64,000 nucleotides of DNA from contig JAAUQL010000012.1 in NCBI GenBank assembly GCA_012033595.1, forward strand, positions 7,208 to 71,207. Direction: 5' to 3'. The position numbers and the translations under genes were made by a program. The notes under the pieces were generated by a model, which saw only the letters and a list, made by a program, of their open reading frames with translations, searched no databases and had not been told where the DNA came from. The DNA is from Cyclobacteriaceae bacterium (GTDB taxonomy: Bacteria; Bacteroidota; Bacteroidia; Cytophagales; Cyclobacteriaceae). This document shows positions 21,953-31,107 of the stretch, in pieces (the first letter of the stretch is position 1; every line of letters starts with the position of its first letter).

Positions 21953-22405
21953 CTAAGGCAAACCATTTTTTCTGACTGCGGCCACTTCTGCGGGGCTAAT
22001 TTCTTCAGCATTGTTTCCAAAATTTGACCTGACATAGGTGAGCACATCGGCGATTTGCTGATCGTTCAAATAGTCAAGTTTGGCCATCACATTGTTATAA
22101 GTTTCCCCTTTTACCACTATTACGCCTTGCTGTCCATGCAAAATGGTGCCAATCAATTTTGCTTTGTCGCCCAATACCCATTCGGTTTGTGTTAATGGTG
22201 GATATATGCCCGGAACACCTTCTCCATTGGCCATATGACAGGCCATGCAAAACTGCATGTAAATTAATTTGCCGGGATGGGTTTTTGCAACTGAGCTTTC
22301 TGTACTTTGCTGTTTTGTTTTCTTTTTCTCTCCATTCTCTTTGGTATCTACACAAGCAACTGCACTCAGGAAAATACCAAACATACAAACACAAATACCT
22401 CTCAT
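21953..22405 (-). CDS. class I c-type cytochrome, lipoprotein
   Basis: 150 aa with the lipobox SAVACV, the haem-binding motif CMACH and a distal Met region (YNNVMAK). Confidence 0.8.
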   Translation of the reverse strand: MRGICVCMFGIFLSAVACVDTKENGEKKKTKQQSTESSVAKTHPGKLIYMQFCMACHMANGEGVPGIYPPLTQTEWVLGDKAKLIGTILHGQQGVIVVKGETYNNVMAKLDYLNDQQIADVLTYVRSNFGNNAEEISPAEVAAVRKNGLP

Positions 22406-22632
22406 AAATCAAAAAATCTTTGGCCTCCCAAATTAAAATCATTCGCAGGTCAAAAACAAAAATGAAATTAGTATCGAAGAATGATCCCTTCACGTTTTAT
22501 TTTGCCGGCAGCAATGCTCCTTATCGATTTGTTTTTATACTTCTTAATAATCGCATTTCGATGCTTTACCCTGAATACCAAGATTAAAAATTTATTAATT
22601 TGCACTTTCATTAATAAGTAAAATCGCAGAAA

Positions 22633-24081
22633 TTGACTGAAAAAGAGAATCTTCATCATATTTTCGAACGTTGGTCGGGGGAAAAGGTCGAACAGGTGCA
22701 TACCATTCCTCAGTCTGGTTCGTACCGGGAGTACTACAGGTTAGTGGGTTCTTCAAAAACTGCCATCGGGGTATTCAATGAAGACTTAAAAGAAAACAAG
22801 GCCTTTTTAAGCTTTACCAAACATTTTTCAAAATTAGGTTTGGCGGTGCCACAACTACTCGCTGAAGATGATGGTGGCAAAACTTATTTATTGTCCGATC
22901 TGGGCGATGAGGCACTTTTTGATTACTTGCAGAGGAAACGCAACCAGGTAGGTGTATTTCCAGGTACAGGGATCAAAGCTTACAAAGAAGCGCTGAATGA
23001 ACTGCCGAAATTCCAGATACTGGCCGGCCAGCACCTCGACTACTCGGTCTGCTATCCGCGGCCTGCCTTCGACAGGCAATCGATGGTGTGGGATTTGAGC
23101 TATTTCAAATATTATTTTTTGAAACTGGCCAAAATACCATTTGATGAACAAATGCTCGAAGATGACTTTTCCAGATTCATAGATTATCTGCTTCAGGCCG
23201 ATTCCAACTACTTCCTATATCGCGACTTTCAGTCCAAAAATATAATGATGGTAGAGGGCAAGCCATTCTTCATCGATTATCAGGGGGGAAGAAAAGGCGC
23301 ATTGCAGTACGACGTCGCCTCCCTGCTGTACGACTCCAAAGCAAACATACCTGGCGATATCAAGGACATTCTGCTAGATCACTATCTCGATGTACTTAGG
23401 CACTACCTCGATTTCGACAAAAAAGAGTGGGTAGCTTTTTATCGCGCTTTTGTACTTATCCGCCTGATGCAGGCTATGGGTGCCTATGGTTTTCGGGGAT
23501 TTTACGAGCGAAAAACCCAGTTTCTCAAAAGCATCCCCTACGCGCTGAAGCAACTCGACAACATCATCAATTCCAATCTTTTTCCTCCGGGTTTTCCCTA
23601 TATGGAGCATGTGCTGAGCAACCTAACCTCGTCTAAACAGTTGCTCAGGTACCGGCAGGAATTCAATACCCTGGTGCCCTTGAACATCGAACTAATGAGC
23701 TTTTCGTATCACAAAGGATTGCCTGTAGAAAAATACGGTCATGGCGGTGGATTCATTTTTGATTGCCGGGGCATTCACAACCCGGGTCGATACGAGCGCT
23801 TTAGCAGCAAAAATGGGAAGGATGGTGAAGTGATGGATTTTTTGAAAACCGGGGGCGAAGCAGATGAATTTCTCAACAATGCCATTCATTTGGTGGAGCA
23901 AACCATTGATAAATACCTCAACAGGGAGTTTAAACATCTGCAAATAGCCTTTGGCTGTACTGGCGGACAACACCGGTCGGTATATTGTGCTGAGAAAATG
24001 GCAGAAATTCTGAATGATAAATATGAAGACCGCATCAACATCAGGCTTAGCCATCGCGAATTAGACCCATTAGCAGGATGA
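22633..24081 (+). CDS. fusion protein: AmgK-like (APH-fold) sugar kinase domain + RapZ C-terminal domain
   Basis: 482 aa. The TTG start given by the track is uncertain. Residues ~1-330 carry APH-fold kinase motifs (YRDFQSKNIMM, FIDYQGGRKGALQYDVASLLYDS). Residues ~345-482 match the RapZ/YvcJ C-terminal domain (LMSFSYHKGLP, FDCRGIHNPG, IAFGCTGGQHRSVYCAEKMAE). Confidence 0.75.
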   Translation: MTEKENLHHIFERWSGEKVEQVHTIPQSGSYREYYRLVGSSKTAIGVFNEDLKENKAFLSFTKHFSKLGLAVPQLLAEDDGGKTYLLSDLGDEALFDYLQRKRNQVGVFPGTGIKAYKEALNELPKFQILAGQHLDYSVCYPRPAFDRQSMVWDLSYFKYYFLKLAKIPFDEQMLEDDFSRFIDYLLQADSNYFLYRDFQSKNIMMVEGKPFFIDYQGGRKGALQYDVASLLYDSKANIPGDIKDILLDHYLDVLRHYLDFDKKEWVAFYRAFVLIRLMQAMGAYGFRGFYERKTQFLKSIPYALKQLDNIINSNLFPPGFPYMEHVLSNLTSSKQLLRYRQEFNTLVPLNIELMSFSYHKGLPVEKYGHGGGFIFDCRGIHNPGRYERFSSKNGKDGEVMDFLKTGGEADEFLNNAIHLVEQTIDKYLNREFKHLQIAFGCTGGQHRSVYCAEKMAEILNDKYEDRINIRLSHRELDPLAG

Positions 24082-24820
24082 AAGCAATGATTTTTGCCGC
24101 CGGACTCGGCACCAGGTTGAGACCTGTAACCAACGACAAGCCCAAAGCCATGGCCACAATACATGGCACCACACTGCTCGAGATCACCATCAGGCGTTTG
24201 AAAAACCATGGATTCAAAGATATAGTCGTGAATGTACATCACTACGCAGACATGATTACTGAATTTTTGGAATCGAATAAGCATTTCGGCATCAATATTC
24301 AGATTTCCGACGAACGGGCATTGCTGCTGGACACCGGAGGCGGGCTAAAGCAGGCTGCACGTTTTTTTGACGACGGCAAGCCCTTTCTTGTGCACAATGT
24401 CGATACCCTCACGGATGTAAGCCTCAAAGATTTTTATGATTATCATATAAAAAACAGGCCTTAGCCACATTGTTGATCAGGCACCGGCCAGGAAGCAGGT
24501 TTTTCCTTTTTGATGAGGAAAAGAGATTGTGTGGTTGGGAAAATGTGGTCAGCAAGGAAAAAATCATATCGCGCCCCACTCAAAGACCTCCGGAGCAAAT
24601 AGCATTTTCTTGCCTGCATGTTATCGATCCGGACATTTTTAATCACATCCACGAAAGTGGTTGCTTTTCCATTATCGATGTTTATCTGAGATTGGCCAAA
24701 AACCATCCGATATACGGATACCTCGACGACCAGTCTTACTGGCTGGACGTCGGTACTCCTGAAAAATTAAAAAAAGGAGAAATGGAATTTGATATTGAAA
24801 AGTTGGTGGCGAGCAGGTAG
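24078..24820 (+). CDS. MurU-like sugar-1-phosphate nucleotidyltransferase, split by one homopolymer indel
   Basis: ORFs 24078..24464 and 24470..24820. The N-terminus is MKAMIFAAGLGTRLRPVTNDKPKAM. Adding one A to the A6 run at 24449-24454 gives YHIKKQALATLLIRHRPGSRFFLFDE. Its ATG overlaps the stop of the upstream kinase (ATGA). Confidence 0.8.
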
Positions 24821-24969
24821 CAGAATGGGTATCCGGGTATTTGGGCAACAGCGGATGTATAACCCGATGAAGCAGGTTGCCCATATATTTCAGACAAGTT
24901 GTTCTCTGCCAAATACATCACCATAAACCGTGATGAGGCGATGGTATTCAAAAACAATATAGTCACCGG

Positions 24970-26748
24970 CTAATCCTCCGAAAATTCCTTGAGCATCTTG
25001 CGGTATTTTGAAAATACATTGGCGCGCGACACAAAGCCGACATATTTGCCCTTTTCATCCAATACCACAATATTAAAGTGAGGTGTTTTCTGGAATTTTT
25101 CCACTATTTGTTCCATAGAATCGCTCAGTGTGGCTGAGGTCATCGGAGCCTGCATGAGACTCGAAACGGTTACGCTGTCATAAAGTTCCGGCTTAAAAAT
25201 CACCTCTCTGATGTCGTTGAGGTGTACTACACCACAGAATATCCCATTGTCGTCCACTACCGGAAATACATTGCGCTTGGAGGAAGTGATTACTTTTACC
25301 AAATCCCTCAAGGTGCCATCTTTGTGCACCGTGTTGAATTTGGTTTCCAGCATGTCTTTCACATTCATCAGCGAGATCACCATTTTATCTTTGTCGTGCG
25401 TAAACAATTCTCCTTTTCGAGCCAACTGTCTGGTATATACCGAGGTGCTGGTAAAATACTTGATGGTAGTGTAGGAAATAGTGGAAACCATCATAAGCGG
25501 AACAAACAAATGATAGCCACCGGTGAGTTCTGCTATCAGAAAGATGGCGGTGAGTGGTGCATGCAGCACACCAGCAAGCAACCCACACATCCCGATCAGT
25601 GCGAAGTTGCTCGACACCACATGGGTATAACCAAAATACTTAAGTATTTCGGCAAGGAGCAGGCCGGTATTGGCTCCTAAAAACAATGTCGGAGCAAAGA
25701 TACCGCCGATTCCCCCGGCACCAAAAGTGACAGAAGTAGCAAAGCTCTTTAAAAAAATGACCGCCACGAACATCAATAAAATGGCAAACACATTGTCGCG
25801 ATAGGCGTAGAACATGCTGTTTTTGAACAATTGACTGTAGTCGCCCTTCAGGCTGGCGCTCACTACGTCATATCCTTCTCCGTAAAGTGACGGCAAAAAG
25901 AATAGTAAGACCCCCAAAATTGTCACCCCCGTGAATAGTTTGGCATACCAGGATGGTATTTTGTCGAATGTGTCTTCGACAAAGTTGTAAATACGCGTGA
26001 AACTCAAGGAAACAAAACCTGACAAAAGCCCCAGCAACAAATAATAGGGTATATTGGCCAAATTGAACTGTTCTACGATTTCGAATGCATACACGGTATA
26101 TTGGCCCATAAACACATAGCTGACCAATGCCGCAGTAACAGACGAAATGAGCAAAGGCACCATGGCCGCCATAGTAAGATCGAGCATGAGCACCTCAATG
26201 GCAAAGATGATGGCCGCTATTGGCGACTTAAAAATCGCCGACATGGCCGCAGCACTTGCACACCCCAGTAGCAAGGTGATCCGGCGATAGTCGAGCTTGA
26301 GCACCCGGCCTATGTTGGATCCTATGGCCGCACCTGTGGAAACTGTCGGCCCCTCTAAGCCCACTGAGCCACCAAAACCAACGGTAATGGAGCTGGCGAT
26401 AACAGAGGCAAACATCTGGTACGGCTTCATGATGCTGCTGTCGCGCGAGATGGCATAGAGCACATTTGGTATTCCGTGACCGATCGGCTTTTTCAAGATA
26501 AATTTTTTGAACAACACCACGATAAACAGCCCTATGCCCGGATAGATAAAATATGAATAGTTGTGAATGTCGTCCGGAAAGCCTTCGGTAAGCAGGTGTT
26601 CAATCAACTTAACCGATCGCTTAATGATGACTGCACCCAATCCTGCCCCTACCCCAACCACGACACTGAGCAGCATCACAAATTTGGTATCACTGATATG
26701 GTTTCTGCGCCATATCAAAAACCTGGAAAGGAGGCCTATTTTGGTCAC
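24970..26748 (-). CDS. ClC family voltage-gated chloride channel/antiporter with C-terminal CBS pair
   Basis: 592 aa and polytopic. ClC motifs are present: GSVGLEGP, GIGGIFAP and GLLAGVLHAPLT. The C-terminal ~130 aa is CBS-like. Confidence 0.9.
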   Translation of the reverse strand: MTKIGLLSRFLIWRRNHISDTKFVMLLSVVVGVGAGLGAVIIKRSVKLIEHLLTEGFPDDIHNYSYFIYPGIGLFIVVLFKKFILKKPIGHGIPNVLYAISRDSSIMKPYQMFASVIASSITVGFGGSVGLEGPTVSTGAAIGSNIGRVLKLDYRRITLLLGCASAAAMSAIFKSPIAAIIFAIEVLMLDLTMAAMVPLLISSVTAALVSYVFMGQYTVYAFEIVEQFNLANIPYYLLLGLLSGFVSLSFTRIYNFVEDTFDKIPSWYAKLFTGVTILGVLLFFLPSLYGEGYDVVSASLKGDYSQLFKNSMFYAYRDNVFAILLMFVAVIFLKSFATSVTFGAGGIGGIFAPTLFLGANTGLLLAEILKYFGYTHVVSSNFALIGMCGLLAGVLHAPLTAIFLIAELTGGYHLFVPLMMVSTISYTTIKYFTSTSVYTRQLARKGELFTHDKDKMVISLMNVKDMLETKFNTVHKDGTLRDLVKVITSSKRNVFPVVDDNGIFCGVVHLNDIREVIFKPELYDSVTVSSLMQAPMTSATLSDSMEQIVEKFQKTPHFNIVVLDEKGKYVGFVSRANVFSKYRKMLKEFSED

Positions 26749-27056
26749 AAAAAATAGATATTAATACACTTGCGAATATATCAGACTAACATACATAAAC
26801 AATGAGAATACAAGGCAAACTGGCCAAAAGTGGCAATAAAATATCGCACGCATCAGATTCATCCGAAAAATCAGCAATACAACATTAATAAAGGAATGAC
26901 AACCGATCATGTATTTGGATTCTTTCCATCATTATACTTACAAAAAATATTACAGCTTCTGCCAATATCTTACCTCTGGCAAATTCTGTCTACTATATCT
27001 TTGAGCTTCAATACCGCGTTCATTAGCTTCGCAGTTTCACTTTAAAAATTGATTTT

Positions 27057-27527
27057 ATGAAATACATCCTGTTAACCTGCCTGCTGTTTTTGGGAACTAA
27101 TGTGCCTCCGCTCAATCAAAAGGTGGTGGACTATTTAGATACGGTCATCGGCAAAAAAGTAGATCGTGGAGAATGTTGGGATCTGGCCGCCGCCGCCCTC
27201 GACCATGCCGGAGCCTTTCTGGATCGCAGCAGTCAAAAATCCATCTATGTTTTTGGCAAGGTAGTCAACCCTAAAACCGACGAGATCTTTGCCGGTGATA
27301 TTATCCAATTAGAAAATGTAAAGCTGGAATATACCAAAGACGATGGCATCTATACCGAAAACATGGCTCATCACACAGCGATAGTGTATAAAGTGCTTGA
27401 CAAGAACCATTTCGAGATTGCCCACCAAAACACCAGCTTTAGCGGAAAAAAAGTAGGCGTGAGCGAGTTTAAACTCAGTGATGTTAAAAAGGGCAAAATC
27501 ATCTTTTACAGACCGGTAAAAAAGTGA
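27057..27527 (+). CDS. secreted papain-fold (CHAP / NlpC-P60-like) protein
   Basis: 156 aa with a signal peptide. The candidate Cys is in RGECWDLAAAAL and the candidate His in MAHHTAIVYKV. The assignment rests on motif resemblance only. Confidence 0.4.
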   Translation: MKYILLTCLLFLGTNVPPLNQKVVDYLDTVIGKKVDRGECWDLAAAALDHAGAFLDRSSQKSIYVFGKVVNPKTDEIFAGDIIQLENVKLEYTKDDGIYTENMAHHTAIVYKVLDKNHFEIAHQNTSFSGKKVGVSEFKLSDVKKGKIIFYRPVKK

Positions 27528-27652
27528 ATTTTTATTTAAACATTGCATTTGCCTTTTAATCAAAAGGACAATTTTCCATTATCAGAAAAAACAATATACC
27601 AACAATTAAAAAGGGAAAGCAAAATCTTATTTTGCTTTATTCCCAGATATGC

Positions 27653-28591
27653 CTATTCCAAAAATATATGTCTTAAATGTGTTTCACCATTGCTTATTAT
27701 ATGTAAAATGAAATTACCTTTTGGGAGGTCGTCAACAGCTATAGTTGTTGAATTTGAATCCCGAACTTTGACTGATTTCACTATTTGCTGCTTATCGTTA
27801 AAGATGTGTATAATAAATGGAATTTGTCTTTCTAAGTTTGGTGCTTCAGTTGTATTAGTGGCAAATGTGATATTAATTTCATTAGTGGCCGGATTAGGGT
27901 TTACCGATATAGTAAAGAAACCAAATACTTGAATATATCCTTCTATCAATTGGCTACCTGAACAATTATAAAGTCTTAAACTATAGGTATAAGTTCCGTT
28001 GGGAACAATGGTACCAGTACCATTCACACGCCCGTTCCATTCAATGTTGCCCCCTAGTAAGCCGTTGCTACCTAAAGTAATGGTTTCGCTCTTTGAAAAT
28101 AATGAGTATCCGCTGGTATTGAAAATACTGAGTTCGTACCGGTAAGCATTTATTGCCCCGAATCCTTTATCCGCATCTGCTACAAACCAGGTATCATTAT
28201 ACCCATCACCGTTTGGAGTAAAAACATTGGGAATGAAAATATCAAAGCTACCCAAAAGTATCCGGGGAACAGTGACTGAAGAATATCCTGTAGCTCCAGT
28301 TGAAACATCTCTCACAAATACGATAAAATCAGTAGTGATATCGAGGTAAGTTGTAACCGTCCTTAAATTATTCGGCCCTGGAAAAGGTATCCCGGGGGCT
28401 GTAAGCGACCATTGATAGGTGTAATTCCCCGATCCATTTGATACATGGGTTGTAAGTGTTCTTGCGCAAGAATTTGCAGAAAATCCTACCTCATCAATGG
28501 TTACTAGAAGGGTTTGTCCGAATAAACCACTTGTCGAAATGATCATAGAGGTTATAAAATAAGTCAGCCATACAGATGTTTTAAGTTTCAT
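27653..28591 (-). CDS. T9SS cargo protein with tandem C-terminal sorting domains (type B gliding-associated CTD followed by type A Por tail)
   Basis: ORF 27653..28642 trimmed to Met18 (MKLKTSVWLTYFITSMIISTSGLFGQ). IPNVFTPNGDGYNDTWFV...WNGRVNG...PNGTYTYSL is the type B CTD signature. The final ~85 aa (ISVNPNPATNEINITF...LPKGNFILHIISNGETHLRHIFLE) is the type A signature. Confidence 0.7.
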   Translation of the reverse strand: MKLKTSVWLTYFITSMIISTSGLFGQTLLVTIDEVGFSANSCARTLTTHVSNGSGNYTYQWSLTAPGIPFPGPNNLRTVTTYLDITTDFIVFVRDVSTGATGYSSVTVPRILLGSFDIFIPNVFTPNGDGYNDTWFVADADKGFGAINAYRYELSIFNTSGYSLFSKSETITLGSNGLLGGNIEWNGRVNGTGTIVPNGTYTYSLRLYNCSGSQLIEGYIQVFGFFTISVNPNPATNEINITFATNTTEAPNLERQIPFIIHIFNDKQQIVKSVKVRDSNSTTIAVDDLPKGNFILHIISNGETHLRHIFLE

Positions 28592-28605
28592 TTCAGTTTT
28601 TGTTT

Positions 28606-29768
28606 TTAGATTTTGAACAATATATCTACATTCATCCCCCATTGCCCTGTATTTCTCTTCATATATTCACCATTAACTTTGTTGAAGAAATACTTATAGT
28701 TGGGCATTAGGCTTATATGCATTCGGGATTTTAACTCATAGGCTGGCCTGACTCCTACAATTCCACCAAAAAGTGTTCTGTTGGCATTTTTGGAAAAAAC
28801 ATCCGTATTAACTAAGTCTTCATTGTTTTCAAAGGAGGTATGCTCAGCTTTTTTTAGCAAGAAACTAGCAAATCCCCCAACTGCGCATGACAGTTTGAAT
28901 GCTTTTTTTTTACCATATTCAAATTAACAAGCACGGGGATATCTAAATATGCCAGATCCAAGCAGGTTTCTTTGGGAATGGGTGTTGGATCGTTGATATC
29001 GAAAATCCTATAATGATACATATAGGAAAAATTCCGTGTGGTGTAAACGGGAATCAACTGAAATGAATATGGAGAAACTGACTCAAAAAGCACAGAAAGC
29101 CCTATACTATAATTAATGTCCGTAGTGTAGGTTTGATCCCCATTCTCCGGTGTCTTGAAACTAAACTGGTAGCGATTGAAAGAGAAGTTGGGTCCAAAGA
29201 GAATACTTACCTTACCTCCAACATTTTTAGATGTATAGCCATTCTCAGATGGGATTGTTTTTATCTTTTCAAATGGCAGCGATGCTTCATGTTGGTTGCC
29301 TAAATGCTCCATTAAGCCTTTTCTGGAAAAACATGGGAATGTGGCATCTTGAATGCCTCCGCTATGCTTCGACCTCAATGACGAACTGGTTAATGTATCA
29401 TTTACATCTATGCTTGTCGAGGAAATAAGAGTGGTGACTGTGGGAGAGAATTGATGCTCTGACTCATCCACTTTCCTAAGTACAACATGGTTTTCGATTA
29501 CTTTGAATTCAATATGTAAACCTGAAAAAAGCTCCTTTAGCACAATATCCAAGTGTTGTTCCACTACTTGATAATTAACCTTCTGCGTGAGAGGAACCTG
29601 CACATTGCCATATGAAAAATCAATGCAATATGTTTTACCGATATAGTCAAGTACTTCCTCCAACTGAGCCTCTTCAAACTTAATGGTCACCTTTTGCTGA
29701 AGGTCTTGTGCAAAAGCTGTCAGACAGACTAAACGAATCAAAAGCTGAATCAAAATTGCTTTATTCAT
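28606..29768 (-). CDS. STN (secretin/TonB N-terminal) domain fused to a small porin-family outer-membrane beta-barrel, split by one homopolymer indel
   Basis: ORFs 28854..29768 and 28606..28860. After the signal peptide comes VTIKFEEAQLEEVLDYIGKTYCIDFSYGNVQVPLTQKVNYQVVEQHLDIVLKELFSGLHIEFKVIENHVVL, an STN pattern. The C-terminal half has LDLAYLDIPVLVNLN and alternating beta-strand character. Adding one base to the T9 run at 28903-28911 joins VKKKAFKLSCAVGGFASFLLKKAEHTSF. Confidence 0.65.
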
Positions 29769-29784
29769 AGCTTATTGGATCAAC

Positions 29785-30773
29785 CTATTTACACCCTTTG
29801 CCTGAAAGAATATATTCATTGTGATCATATGAATAATCAATTCCAAGGCTGTATTTCAGAACTTCCATTACCGTGTTAAGCCGGGCATTATCGAATGATC
29901 CCGTAAAACGACAATTAAGAATTTCCGGCGTATTTACTTCAAACTTGATGTCATAATACACTGATAATGCATATATCACATTTTTAAGCTCCGTATTATC
30001 AAAAACAAGCTTTTGGGTCTTCCATGACAAAAAATTGGGGTTGGTATTCATGGAAATTCTTGTCGACTTTTCCGGTGATTGACCAAAGCCATTTCACCAG
30101 CTCCTAGTAAGTTGTTTTCTTGTCCATCAAAAACTTTTACTATGCCCTGAACAACGGTTACCTGAAGTTCATCTTTATTCAATTCTTTTACATTAAAAGA
30201 AGTCCCCAGCACCGTAACAGTAGCTTGTTGAATTTTTATAATGAAAGGTCTCTTATCATTTTTAACCTCAAAATAAGCCTCTCCTTTCAAGTCCACTATT
30301 CGCTGGCGTGACCCTTGGTTGAAAACGATCTGGCTTTCTTTATGCAAATAAATTCTACTACTGTCTGGTAGATCAATATTTGTCACCGAATGCTTGGAAG
30401 CCATGATTTGAACACTTAAAGTGACGGATTTAACATTTCTGTAATACATCCAGGCTAGAAAAGTTGTACTTGCTAATAGAAAGATCATTGCCGCGGCAGT
30501 TAGCAGGGAATTAAAGTTGGGTCTGCTATGTCCATTATGCGCTGCCAATACCCTTTCACAGCTGTCAATTTGCCGCAATAATTTTTGTTTTTCTTCTTCC
30601 AGATCGTAAACAGGTTCCTCAAATTGACCGGTAAGTTCCCAGACTTCCTTTAGCTCTTCAAATTTTTGACGATTGCTGAGATCATAGTTTAGCCACTCCT
30701 CCAACGCTTCTTTTTCGGCAAAAGAAATGTGCCCTTTCAAAAATTTTCGTATGAGTGTCCAATGTCCCTTCAT
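29785..30773 (-). CDS. FecR-family transmembrane sensor (anti-sigma-like), split by an apparent frameshift
   Basis: ORFs 30048..30773 and 29785..30051. It has a cytoplasmic N-terminus, a TM segment (LLTAAAMIFLLASTTFLAWMYY), a FecR domain (GEAYFEVKNDKRPFIIK...VTVLGTSFNV) and a C-terminal DUF4974-like piece (LSWKTQKLVFDNTELKNVIYALSVYYDIKF). One extra base in the T4 run at 30068-30071 joins the two frames. Confidence 0.75.
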
Positions 30774-30917
30774 ATCAGCTAATCTATTTCAAATATAATC
30801 TTTAAACTTTTTTACTTCTGCCAGAGAATTATAATTTAATATCCAATGTCGTTTAATTAGCGAATTGGGTTTGACTCCGAAGGAGTCATAAGTCTATGCA
30901 AACAATGTTTCTATAGA

Positions 30918-30954
30918 TATTCGACGCCAAACGGGGTCGAATAAGGTCGAATAA
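30918..30954. promoter_or_regulatory. candidate operator: tandem direct repeat 2 x GGTCGAATAA plus an inverted half-site TATTCGAC
   Basis: GGTCGAATAA occurs at 30935-30944 and again at 30945-30954. The inverted copy TATTCGAC is at 30918-30925. The site lies 145-180 nt upstream of the FecR-like gene start (30773). Confidence 0.3.
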
Positions 30955-31107
30955 TCTAAACTAAGCGACATTGATTTAATATTTGCAAAACATTTGCAAA
31001 AAGGTGAATAATCAAAACATTCCTTGTTCGATGCTTTTCAATGAAAAACAATATCTTTTGCAATACTAGATGTTGCATGCTTTTAATTAATATCTTGATT
31101 TCATGTT

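Noticed and set aside
24970-26830. The ClC gene as a fluoride-specific CLC-F exporter controlled by a fluoride riboswitch.
   Set aside because: The protein is a long ClC with a C-terminal CBS pair, which is typical of chloride channels/antiporters. The upstream ~80 nt shows nothing resembling the crcB motif.
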